A stretch of 64,000 nt of DNA from a virus (taxonomy: Duplodnaviria > Caudoviricetes), in IMG/VR virus record IMGVR_UViG_3300021963_000022; one strand, 5' to 3'. The notes under the pieces are model-generated. The model worked only from the letters and a program-made list of their open reading frames with translations. It was not told where the DNA came from and searched no databases. Both the position numbers and the translations under genes were made by a program. This document shows positions 9,959-18,907 of this stretch, one piece after another (position 1 is the first letter of the stretch; each line of letters starts with the position of its first letter).

Positions 9959-10739
9959 ATAAGTACAATTTAAGTACATGCTCAATTATCTTGTGTCTTT
10001 GAACATCTTTCAGCTCAAAGTGGCACTGTTGCAACCCTGGAATCACCCCCTTCCTCAATCGATTTTGTAAGTCTAGTAGCCCATTGTCGGCTGTTTTTCT
10101 ATCGGCTTGTTCAATGTCGCCAGTAATTACAATCTTACTACCAACGCCGATTCTAGTCATAATCATTTTGAGTTGACCAGGTGTTGCATTTTGAGCTTCA
10201 TCTAATATTATATAGCTATTTTTAAAGTTTCGACCTCGACAGAATGCTAGGGGTGCAATTTCAACTATCTGTTCTTCTAGCATGTGGGCGATTTCCGCTG
10301 CCGTATAATATTCACGTAAAACATCAAGTAAAGGTCTTGTCCATGGTTCCATCTTTTGATTAAGATCACCTGGCAAGAATCCATGCTTTTCATCGTCTAC
10401 ACCCACTGCCGGGCGTGTTAAGATAATACGATCTACCTCACCTGCTTTTAATGACTTAATAGCAGCCAGCATTGCAAGATACGTTTTACCTGTCCCAGCC
10501 GGTCCTCCAACCACAACTATATCAGTATCTTTATCTAAAAGAGCTAGAATGTATTTTTCTTGATTTAAAGATTTGGGTACCAGTTGTATCGGTCTACGGT
10601 CTAGTTTGATGCGACTTTGGTCAAAATTGATTGTTTTGCTTTCTTGTTTATAGAATGTTTGTGGATCATGTTTTTTACTGTGTGAATAACGTGTGTCTTG
10701 TTCTTGTTTGCGTAATGCGCCTGTTTTGCGTTTGCTCAA
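9957..10739 (-). CDS. phoH: PhoH-like ATPase
   Basis: GPAGTGKT, RIILTRPAV, GFLPGDLNQKMEPW, RGRNF, ILDEAQN, MTRIG, GDIEQAD. TTG start at 10739 with AGGAG SD is preferred over 10781. Confidence 0.93.
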   Translation of the reverse strand: MSKRKTGALRKQEQDTRYSHSKKHDPQTFYKQESKTINFDQSRIKLDRRPIQLVPKSLNQEKYILALLDKDTDIVVVGGPAGTGKTYLAMLAAIKSLKAGEVDRIILTRPAVGVDDEKHGFLPGDLNQKMEPWTRPLLDVLREYYTAAEIAHMLEEQIVEIAPLAFCRGRNFKNSYIILDEAQNATPGQLKMIMTRIGVGSKIVITGDIEQADRKTADNGLLDLQNRLRKGVIPGLQQCHFELKDVQRHKIIEHVLKLYL

Positions 10740-10784
10740 AGTATTCTCCTTTGTATCGAGCCGAGTTCTCATAACACTCAAGTC

Positions 10785-10791
10785 TATTTAC
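10785..10791 (-). promoter_or_regulatory. T4-late-like motif GTAAATA upstream of phoH
   Basis: TATTTAC on + strand in the divergent intergenic region. Confidence 0.35.
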
Positions 10792-10894
10792 ATCCATATG
10801 GATCATGCAATATAGAGTAGTTTTTAAGTAATGAAAAACGATAAATATTAGGCTCAGTCCGTTTTTTGATTATCAATACAATGTGTTGATAAAA

Positions 10895-10902
10895 GATAAA
10901 TA
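10895..10902 (+). promoter_or_regulatory. T4-late-like promoter GATAAATA
   Basis: 6 nt before ATG 10909; a second copy lies at 10840-10847. Confidence 0.55.
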
Positions 10903-10908
10903 CTAATT

Positions 10909-11538
10909 ATGAGCAAACTTCCAGCAGACGATTTCTTTACCAACATTGATTACCCTAGTATTATAGATACTGTCAAGGGTATATATACCAGTGATGCTTC
11001 CATTAACACTTTATTAGATTTTGAACGTGTTTTGGATGAAGCTGACTTGTATGCATACAAAAACTGGGGACTAGGTGAACTAGTAGACGGTCCGGACAGT
11101 AAACGATATAGTGTTTCTTGCATTTTTATGTATCCTGAAAAACTAATGCCAGACCCAAGAGGTGGCAAACGTTTAATAAATTTAGGATGCACTATACAGT
11201 TTAAGAAAACTACAATTAAAGTACCAGTAGATATAAAGACTCCTGAAGACTATAAACCAGGAACACATTACCCTAAACTAACTGAGCGCATGGTTTGGTT
11301 AGTTAGAATTGAAATCCCTAGAGAATTGATGAATGATATCCGTGAGGGTAGTATTGATTTAGCAGACCAAACTATTGACCTAGAAGAACTAGATAGTGCA
11401 TACGATGATGATTTAGATAAAGAAGGTTTAGAGGGTGAAGAGGGCAAAGCACCCGCAGATCAAATGGGAGGCATGCCAGCACCCGGAGGACCTGCATTAC
11501 CAGTAGGCGGACAAATTCCCCTAGGCGGAGGTCTATAA
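10909..11538 (+). CDS. Conserved jumbo-phage hypothetical protein
   Basis: 209 aa with acidic and Gly/Pro C-terminus. Confidence 0.7.
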   Translation: MSKLPADDFFTNIDYPSIIDTVKGIYTSDASINTLLDFERVLDEADLYAYKNWGLGELVDGPDSKRYSVSCIFMYPEKLMPDPRGGKRLINLGCTIQFKKTTIKVPVDIKTPEDYKPGTHYPKLTERMVWLVRIEIPRELMNDIREGSIDLADQTIDLEELDSAYDDDLDKEGLEGEEGKAPADQMGGMPAPGGPALPVGGQIPLGGGL

Positions 11539-12077
11539 TGAGAAAAATTATTAATGAAACATTAGATTACCATGATTTAGAAAACATGGTAGTACCTATA
11601 GCAACAATAGATAAGTATGAAGCTAAAATGGGCGATGATGACGAAATCGTTACAGTGACTTTCACGGTTAAGGGCAAACAAGTTGCAGAAGATTTAGTAG
11701 ATTGGTTAGAGCGTGGTTATGACTATGTACTAGATGCACAAACAAGCGAAGGTGAAGTAAGTCCAGGCAAATATTTAGTATTTGTTGAAATGGATCGTAG
11801 AACAAGAACACCTGAACGTATTATTGAAATGATAGAAGATATGGATACATTAACTGATCTTTCTTTAAAAGATTGGTCTGTAATCATTGACGAAGAAGAA
11901 CATGAAGTTACTGTGGAATTATTAAAATCTAAAATAATACTAAGTCCACATGAGTATAGAAAATTAAAAGAAACGGATCTCAATGAGATGCGTAGTCGTG
12001 CTGGATTAGAACCGCACAATGTGTATTTTGAAAAAGATAACATACTAAAAGATTTTATAGCAAAAGCTGGATTATAA
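11538..12077 (+). CDS. Conserved hypothetical protein, possibly head-associated
   Basis: 179 aa; N-terminus MRKIINE|T resembles the leader family described in findings. Confidence 0.65.
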   Translation: MRKIINETLDYHDLENMVVPIATIDKYEAKMGDDDEIVTVTFTVKGKQVAEDLVDWLERGYDYVLDAQTSEGEVSPGKYLVFVEMDRRTRTPERIIEMIEDMDTLTDLSLKDWSVIIDEEEHEVTVELLKSKIILSPHEYRKLKETDLNEMRSRAGLEPHNVYFEKDNILKDFIAKAGL

Positions 12078-12087
12078 GGAGAACATA

Positions 12088-12696
12088 ATGGCGCAAACGC
12101 TACTAGCAAGAAAATCGGGACCACAAGACAATACAATTGCAAAAGATGACGATCACTATGAGCAATTAGCGGCAGATCCTACTGTTAGTGAGTTTTCGAA
12201 AAATAGTAGTTTTGGAGGTTCAAGTAATGCATTCAGTACATCAGCAATCGGTAGTTCAACAGGAGACTTTGGCTCATTTGGTTCACCAACCACAAACAAT
12301 TTTGGATCACAACCATATGGCAGCAGAGGCGGCTTTGGTAGCAATTCAAACTTTGGAGCGGGAGCGAATTCATCTGGATCGACACCAAATCTTACACAAG
12401 CAGGATCAAATGCCGCACAAGGGGCAGACGTATTAGTAGCTAATGACAATACTGATTGGATTAACAAAAAATGGCGTCCAGTTATGGGCTGGGTATATAT
12501 GTTAACTTGTACAGTTGACTTTGTTATATTCCCGGTATTATGGAGTTTATTACAAGCATTAAGTAAAGGTTCAGTAACAAGCCAGTGGCAACCATTAACA
12601 TTACAGGGTGCTGGTCTTTACCACATTGCTATGGGTGCAGTTCTAGGTATCGCCGCGTACGGTAGAACAAAAGAAAAAATTGAGGGTAAATCTTAA
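12088..12696 (+). CDS. Holin-like membrane protein (3TM GTA-holin type) with low-complexity N-terminus
   Basis: KKWRPVMGWVYM...FVIFPVLW...YHIAMGAVLGIAAYGRTKEK. Confidence 0.65.
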   Translation: MAQTLLARKSGPQDNTIAKDDDHYEQLAADPTVSEFSKNSSFGGSSNAFSTSAIGSSTGDFGSFGSPTTNNFGSQPYGSRGGFGSNSNFGAGANSSGSTPNLTQAGSNAAQGADVLVANDNTDWINKKWRPVMGWVYMLTCTVDFVIFPVLWSLLQALSKGSVTSQWQPLTLQGAGLYHIAMGAVLGIAAYGRTKEKIEGKS

Positions 12697-12697
12697 T

Positions 12698-12725
12698 TTG
12701 ACTTTTAACACTAAGGTGTTATAAT
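12698..12725 (+). promoter_or_regulatory. sigma70-type promoter (TTGACT-16-TATAAT, extended TG)
   Basis: -10 ends at 12725; ATG is at 12732. Confidence 0.7.
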
Positions 12726-12731
12726 TATCTG

Positions 12732-13496
12732 ATGGATCATTATCAAATTTTAGGGGTAGCAAAAAACGCTACTCCTGACGAAGTAAAAAAAGCATATCGT
12801 AGACTTGCAAGTATTCATCACCCGGATAAGGGCGGTGATACTGCCCAGTTCCAAAAAATTCAAGTAGCATATGACACATTAAGCGACCCGCAGAAAAAAC
12901 AAGACTATGACAATCCACATGCACAAGGTTTCCCCGGTGGATTTCACTTCTCTAACCAAGGATTTAACATCAACGATTTATTCGGTCAAATGTTTAGTCA
13001 GAGACAACAACCTTCTAATCCAACCTACAAAACCGATGTATGGATATCATTGGAACAGGTGTACACTAGCGGAGAACAGGTATTACATTTCAATGGTAAT
13101 AACCTTAACCAAACCATAAGGGTAGAAATACCACAAGGTATAGAAAACGGTCAACAAATACGCTATGAAAATATGCTTCCTAACGCTATACTTATAGTAG
13201 AGTTTAGAGTTAAACCTCATCATAAATTTGAAAGAAGAGGTATGAACTTGTACTCTACACACAAAATAAGTGTTTTGGATCTAATCGTAGGTGATAGCTT
13301 TGAGTTTACTACTATCAGTGGTAAAACTTTAGCAGTAACAGTTAACCCAAAAACACAACCTGGAAGTTTACTACGTATTTCGGGACAGGGTTTAATTAGA
13401 AATGGTATAGCAGGGGACCAAATGATCTTGCTTGATCCATTCATTCCTGATATAATTGACAGTTCTATCACTAATAGCATTATTGCTAGTAAATAA
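12732..13496 (+). CDS. dnaJ: DnaJ class B / CbpA-like co-chaperone
   Basis: J domain with HPD (HHPDKGG), G/F region and C-terminal domain; no zinc finger. Confidence 0.9.
   Translation: MDHYQILGVAKNATPDEVKKAYRRLASIHHPDKGGDTAQFQKIQVAYDTLSDPQKKQDYDNPHAQGFPGGFHFSNQGFNINDLFGQMFSQRQQPSNPTYKTDVWISLEQVYTSGEQVLHFNGNNLNQTIRVEIPQGIENGQQIRYENMLPNAILIVEFRVKPHHKFERRGMNLYSTHKISVLDLIVGDSFEFTTISGKTLAVTVNPKTQPGSLLRISGQGLIRNGIAGDQMILLDPFIPDIIDSSITNSIIASK
13489..13495 (+). promoter_or_regulatory. T4-late-like motif GTAAATA upstream of clpA
   Basis: At the gene junction, followed by AAGAGG SD. Confidence 0.35.
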
Positions 13497-13514
13497 CTTA
13501 AAAGAGGTAACATA

Positions 13515-15791
13515 ATGAATCATAGCCCAGAAATTGAACATATTATTGAACAGGCAATAGGCCTAGCAAAAGTTCGTAGACATGAATATTGCACTATTGA
13601 ACATTTATTATTGTCTCTAATAACATATTCACCCTTTAGTAAAGTTTTAGACGACTTTGGAGTTGATACTGCAACTATGGTTAAAGATGTAAGTGGATAC
13701 CTAGATAACCAACGTAGTATTGAAGCATCTTCTGATATTGAACAAGAAATTCAACCACGTAAAACAAATAGCTTAGAACGTGTAATGAATCGTTCGGTAA
13801 CACAAGTATTGTTTACTGGTCGTAAATTTGTTACAACTATTGATTTGTATCTTAGCATCAGTAACGAAACAAATACACACGCACATTACTTCTTCTTAAA
13901 GTATGGTATTAATAAAAACGAATTTATACCATTCTGGCAAAAATACTACAAAAACAATGAAGGCGAAGCACCATTAACTACCGATCGGGCTGATGAAATC
14001 TTGGAAGAATATACAACCAACTTAACTGATTTGGCCCGTCAAGGTAAACTTGAACCAATGATAGGTCGTACTAAAGAAGTAGATGACATAGTTAACGTTC
14101 TTGCTAAACGATTTAAATCAAATGTATTGATGGTAGGTGATCCTGGTGTAGGTAAAACTGCAATTGCAGAAGGTCTAGCAAGTAAAATCATCAACGATGA
14201 GGTACCCAAGTTCTTAAAGGATCATGAGTTGTATTCGCTTGAAGTGGGATCATTACTTGCTGGTTCTAAATATCGTGGTGACTTTGAAGAAAAGATTAAA
14301 TCGGTACTAGAAGCATTAGTTACTAAAAAGAAAGCAGTACTATTCATTGATGAAGCGCATACTATGAAAGGCAGTGGTTCAGCTAACAATGGTAGTGTTG
14401 ACTTTGCTAACATGATTAAACCGGCTATTACTAAAGGTAACTTGAAAGTTATTGCTAGCACTACTTGGGAAGAGTACTATGAATCATTTGAGAAGGATCG
14501 TGCATTGATGCGTAGATTCTATCGTGTGGGCGTAGATGAGCCGGATCGTGATTCTACTATTCGTATCCTTAAAGGTCTAAGCACACGATTGAATGACTTC
14601 CACTCAGTAAACATTACCGATGATGCAATTACAGCGGCAGTTGATAGTGCTACACGTTATATGCATGACCGTAAGAATCCTGACAAATCCATAGATTTGA
14701 TTGACGCGGCTTGTGCCAAACAACGTGTATTAGGTAATCAACAAGTAGATATTACAAAAGAGTTAGTATATGAACAAGTTGAACGCATGACTAAAGTTCC
14801 TGCTGATAAACTAAACAGTGATAGTTATGAACGTATCTTTAGTTTAGAAGCTAACATTAAGAATAAGCTTTATGGTCAAGAAGATACAGTTGATAAAGTA
14901 CTTGAGCGTATCTATGTGTCGTTTGCAGGTATCGGTAATCAAACACGACCAATGAGTAGTTTTTTGTTCTTAGGCCCGACTGGTACAGGTAAAACTGAAC
15001 TAGCTAGATTATTGAGTAGTAGTTTAGATATGCCCTTACTCAAATATGATATGTCAGAGTATTCAGAGAAGTATTCAGTTTCTAGTTTGATTGGTCCCCC
15101 ACCGGGTTATGTTGGATTCAATGATAGCCAAGTATCAGGTGGACGATTGATTAATGACTTAAGCAAGAATCCTCACAGTATATTGTTGTTTGATGAAGTT
15201 GAAAAAGCTCATCCTGATATATTTAATATCTTCTTGCAGATGTTAGACGAAGGACGTATTACCGGATCTAATGGTAAAGAAGTTAACTGCAAGAATACTA
15301 TCATTATCTTAACAAGTAATTTAGGTGCAAGTGATAGTGAACGAAATCAGATCGGGTTTGGTAATCAAGAACGTACAGGTGATGATGACCGAGCATTAAA
15401 AGAGTTCTTCAAACCAGAGTTCCGTAATCGGTTAGATATGATATGTAAGTTCACTAAACTTGATATGTTGGCTATTAAGAAGATTGTTATCAAGTTTACC
15501 GATGAGTTGAAGAAATCGTTAAAAGAAAATAACGACATCACAATCAATCTGACTGAACCTGTAGTAGAATATCTAGCAGAGCATGGATATGATAGCAAGA
15601 TGGGTGCTAGACCATTGAGTAGAAAAATTGATGAACTTATTAGAGTTCCTTTAAGTAAGAAGATTCTATTTGATAGAATCAAAGGTGCACATATCAATAT
15701 CAATTTAGTAGATTACAAGATTATGTTTGATGTACAACCTAAATTAACAGCAACGGTGGGTGAGAATGGGATTATTGAAATCAGTCAGTGA
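13515..15791 (+). CDS. clpA: ClpA-type Hsp100 AAA+ unfoldase
   Basis: Clp N-domain (RRHEYCTIEHLL), two Walker A motifs (GDPGVGKT, GPTGTGKT), no ClpB middle domain, IGF ClpP-docking loop (NQIGFGN). Confidence 0.9.
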   Translation: MNHSPEIEHIIEQAIGLAKVRRHEYCTIEHLLLSLITYSPFSKVLDDFGVDTATMVKDVSGYLDNQRSIEASSDIEQEIQPRKTNSLERVMNRSVTQVLFTGRKFVTTIDLYLSISNETNTHAHYFFLKYGINKNEFIPFWQKYYKNNEGEAPLTTDRADEILEEYTTNLTDLARQGKLEPMIGRTKEVDDIVNVLAKRFKSNVLMVGDPGVGKTAIAEGLASKIINDEVPKFLKDHELYSLEVGSLLAGSKYRGDFEEKIKSVLEALVTKKKAVLFIDEAHTMKGSGSANNGSVDFANMIKPAITKGNLKVIASTTWEEYYESFEKDRALMRRFYRVGVDEPDRDSTIRILKGLSTRLNDFHSVNITDDAITAAVDSATRYMHDRKNPDKSIDLIDAACAKQRVLGNQQVDITKELVYEQVERMTKVPADKLNSDSYERIFSLEANIKNKLYGQEDTVDKVLERIYVSFAGIGNQTRPMSSFLFLGPTGTGKTELARLLSSSLDMPLLKYDMSEYSEKYSVSSLIGPPPGYVGFNDSQVSGGRLINDLSKNPHSILLFDEVEKAHPDIFNIFLQMLDEGRITGSNGKEVNCKNTIIILTSNLGASDSERNQIGFGNQERTGDDDRALKEFFKPEFRNRLDMICKFTKLDMLAIKKIVIKFTDELKKSLKENNDITINLTEPVVEYLAEHGYDSKMGARPLSRKIDELIRVPLSKKILFDRIKGAHININLVDYKIMFDVQPKLTATVGENGIIEISQ

Positions 15792-16494
15792 CGTTCCGGG
15801 TATTGATTTTTTCGATTACCGAGATGATAATTACTATGGTAAATATAAGTATAGAGTACGATTCACTATAGAGGGTATAAGATATGCCACATATGAAAAA
15901 AATATTGAAGGTTTAATAAAGCGATATAACGCTACCACAGGTTGGAAAAAAATCAGAAAAGAAGATTTACCTGTTGTAACTTTTAACTTAGAAGCTCTTA
16001 AACTGTTTATAGAACTTCGCAATTCTTTCAAAGAAAACGTTGCAGGAACAGTTAGAGTAGAACATAATAAAATAGCATTTTTTAGTAATGATTTAAGTTT
16101 GTTAAAAACTGTTGAGACCATTAAACCGGGAATATATTATGATTATACCGAAGTACAAACTAGCAATTTTATAGGGGTAAAGTCTTTTGTCAATAACCCC
16201 AAACATAGATTCAGAGTATATCTAAAATCTAAAAAAGTTGAAAATAATTTTGCTATACAACTGAATGATTTATTCAACCGTATTTCGGGATTACATCCTA
16301 GCCCGTCTTTAAAATATTGGGTAAAAGGGTCTACTGACGGTACATCACCTCATTGGAGTTGGCGTTATAGATTTACTAATCCTAATCATTTCATTGATTA
16401 TGATGATGAAAGCGTGTTAAGTTATCTATCATTAATGCATGGTGAATTTTTAGGAAAACGCTACAAATTAGAAAAACGACCTGAACCTATCTAA
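15766..16494 (+). CDS. Hypothetical protein
   Basis: ORF overlapping the clpA 3' end. Confidence 0.6.
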   Translation: MGLLKSVSDVPGIDFFDYRDDNYYGKYKYRVRFTIEGIRYATYEKNIEGLIKRYNATTGWKKIRKEDLPVVTFNLEALKLFIELRNSFKENVAGTVRVEHNKIAFFSNDLSLLKTVETIKPGIYYDYTEVQTSNFIGVKSFVNNPKHRFRVYLKSKKVENNFAIQLNDLFNRISGLHPSPSLKYWVKGSTDGTSPHWSWRYRFTNPNHFIDYDDESVLSYLSLMHGEFLGKRYKLEKRPEPI

Positions 16495-16497
16495 AAT

Positions 16498-16505
16498 GAT
16501 AAATA
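16498..16505 (+). promoter_or_regulatory. T4-late-like promoter GATAAATA
   Basis: Intergenic, upstream of ATG 16530. Confidence 0.55.
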
Positions 16506-16529
16506 CTCTATTACAATAGGGTATATACC

Positions 16530-16694
16530 ATGGCAAAGATTGTCGAAGATGTATTAGTCATCAAATTTAGCAGAATAGTTAAGGACAGTGATGAAGGTAC
16601 TAGCATAACTAGTGCTGAAATTCAGGCTGCATTAGAACAAGTCGCCCAAGAATTAGTAGGCGATTCCGTTGTTGTTGAAGTAGAAAGCGCATAA
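16530..16694 (+). CDS. Small hypothetical protein (54 aa, not in ORF track)
   Basis: MAKIVEDVLVIKFSRIVKDSDEGTSITSAEIQAALEQVAQELVGDSVVVEVESA; AGGG SD; TAATG coupling to the next gene. Confidence 0.7.
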   Translation: MAKIVEDVLVIKFSRIVKDSDEGTSITSAEIQAALEQVAQELVGDSVVVEVESA

Positions 16695-17029
16695 TGAGCC
16701 AAGTTACTACAATAACATTATTACCACAGACGCCGCATACGTCGGGGCCTAATGTGACAGGTACTGCACAACCCGGAGCGGGCTATTACATAAATCATAA
16801 CTATCAAACATTCTCATGGAGTTTGACTAATTTCACAGGTCTTATTATAATACAAGCTACAATAGTAGATGAGCCTTCTGCTACTGATTGGATTAACATA
16901 TATACTATTAATGGTACTAATTTAACTCAAAGAAGTTTTACAAATATACGTGGTAATTTTACATACTTACGTGCTATAGCCGCCGGGTTTACTAATGGGT
17001 TAATTGATAACGTTAAGGTAGCATACTAA
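16694..17029 (+). CDS. Hypothetical beta-rich protein
   Basis: 111-aa ORF. Confidence 0.65.
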   Translation: MSQVTTITLLPQTPHTSGPNVTGTAQPGAGYYINHNYQTFSWSLTNFTGLIIIQATIVDEPSATDWINIYTINGTNLTQRSFTNIRGNFTYLRAIAAGFTNGLIDNVKVAY

Positions 17030-17030
17030 A

Positions 17031-18851
17031 ATGGCGGTAGTTGTTGTTTATGGTGGAGGGTTTCAACCCTTTCATGCAGGACATTTGAGCAGTTATGTAG
17101 AGGCTAAACGTGCCTTTCCTGATGCTGAATTCTTTGTTGCCGCCAGCAATGATGTTAAACAACGACCTATTCCTTTTAAAGTAAAGAAGTTTCTAGCACA
17201 ACAAGCAGGTGTTAGAGATGCGTTTGTTGAAGTAAGGCAGCCGCTCAATCCTAAAGAAATTTTAGAAATATTTGACCCTGCAAAAGATATATTTGTATTA
17301 GTACGTAGTGAGCGTGACCCTATGCCATACACTAAAAAAGATGGTAGTCCCGCATACTTCCAACCATTTGTCAGTTTAGACCAATGTAATCCATATGGTA
17401 AAAATGCTTATGTACTAGTCACAAAGAAAAAAGATTTTACTGTTAATGGTCAAGAAGTATATTCTGGATCACAAGTACGTGACATGTATACTAATGCAGA
17501 CGATGTAAATAAAGAACAAATCATTAGTCAGTTATATCCTAAGAGTAGCCACAAAGATACAATCAAACAAGTTTTGGATCAATATTTGCAATCTACACCT
17601 AAAACAGTTTTGGAGCCCAAAGTGCCAGCAGCTAAACAATTAAAGAATAAGAAACTAGCAGAGATGATTAAACAAGCTAGACCTTTACTAAAAGAAGCAT
17701 CAATTGAAAAGAAAGTAAAGTTTCTTAAGTTGTTAAAAGATTATGCAATAACAAATATAGAAGAAGCAGTTAGTCCTACGTATGGTGACGTAATTAAAAC
17801 ACGTAATAAGATAGCACAACAAACTAATCCTACTCGTAATAAGTTTATATGGAAACGTCCTAATCAGATCCGTGGTAGTTATACTGACCAACAATTAATT
17901 TCACAAGGTTTTCGTAAATCAGCACAAAACAATCTATGGGGCGGTACACAAGAAATGTGGGATCGTTTATCAGAATCATTGAATGAATTTGCCCCACCAA
18001 GTAGAGATGACGGCGGTGGCGAGAATGATAGAAATCGTAGAATAAGAAAACTATTAGAAATTGCCATACAAGTAGCAAAAGAAAAAAATGTCGATGAATT
18101 GGGTATGATACATGCTATGAATATGATAGCAGGTGATGAATTTTTTAATACAGCAGTTGAAGGTATATTACCTGATATAACAGATAAAGAATATATGTTT
18201 GTGCTACAAAGTGCTTATAAAACAGTAAAGCAAGGTTTAGCAGAAGCAAAGAAAAAAAGAAAAAAGAAAAGTAAAAACCGTAGTATTGGAAGATATTTCT
18301 TTCCAGGATATAATTACTACGGTGGCGGCAGTGGAGAATCTGGTGAGAGTGGAGGAGATGGCGGCGGTGAAGGTGTGGCGGAAGGCTCCTTAAACGAACT
18401 TGCACCAGGTGGGAATGGTGGCGACGGAGGAGATGACAGATATATCCCGCCAAATTTTGGTAAGCCCTACGCGGCAAAATATCTAGGCAAGAATGAATTT
18501 GAAGTATTTTGCCGCCCGGATAATGATCCATCTAAAGTGATTAAGTTACGAGCCATCGTTCAAAAATATGGTTTAGAATTTGATGATGACAACTATGATG
18601 AAGAAACTGGCGAAGGCGGCCGATGGTATTTAGACAGTCCCGGTGCTGTATGGCTTGGTTGGCAATATGGTGAAATCCCATTACCTAAGGCCATTGATCA
18701 AGTACGTAATCCAGGACATATTCACGATTTAGTTACCGACTATCTTACCAATGCACATAATTTTGAGATACAAAAAATAGCAATAGAATATTTTGGTTTT
18801 ACTACAGATGGTGAAATGAATGAATCTGTGGATTATTTAGACGAGAAATAA
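17031..18851 (+). CDS. Mosaic protein: N-terminal HxGH nucleotidyl/cytidylyltransferase-like domain plus several short unrelated modules
   Basis: VYGGGFQPFHAGH motif; later modules are separated by LLKEA, NIEEA, LSESLNEF, GLAEA, GVAEGSLNEL and EMNES. Confidence 0.7.
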   Translation: MAVVVVYGGGFQPFHAGHLSSYVEAKRAFPDAEFFVAASNDVKQRPIPFKVKKFLAQQAGVRDAFVEVRQPLNPKEILEIFDPAKDIFVLVRSERDPMPYTKKDGSPAYFQPFVSLDQCNPYGKNAYVLVTKKKDFTVNGQEVYSGSQVRDMYTNADDVNKEQIISQLYPKSSHKDTIKQVLDQYLQSTPKTVLEPKVPAAKQLKNKKLAEMIKQARPLLKEASIEKKVKFLKLLKDYAITNIEEAVSPTYGDVIKTRNKIAQQTNPTRNKFIWKRPNQIRGSYTDQQLISQGFRKSAQNNLWGGTQEMWDRLSESLNEFAPPSRDDGGGENDRNRRIRKLLEIAIQVAKEKNVDELGMIHAMNMIAGDEFFNTAVEGILPDITDKEYMFVLQSAYKTVKQGLAEAKKKRKKKSKNRSIGRYFFPGYNYYGGGSGESGESGGDGGGEGVAEGSLNELAPGGNGGDGGDDRYIPPNFGKPYAAKYLGKNEFEVFCRPDNDPSKVIKLRAIVQKYGLEFDDDNYDEETGEGGRWYLDSPGAVWLGWQYGEIPLPKAIDQVRNPGHIHDLVTDYLTNAHNFEIQKIAIEYFGFTTDGEMNESVDYLDEK

Positions 18852-18877
18852 AAATATTTCGGGCCCCTCTTTATAGT

Positions 18878-18884
18878 GTAAATA
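18878..18884 (+). promoter_or_regulatory. T4-late-like motif GTAAATA inside an SD-sequestering hairpin loop
   Basis: Stem CCTCTTTA 18866-18873 / TAAAGAGG 18895-18902. Confidence 0.55.
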
Positions 18885-18907
18885 TCTTTATCTTTAAAGA
18901 GGACCAA

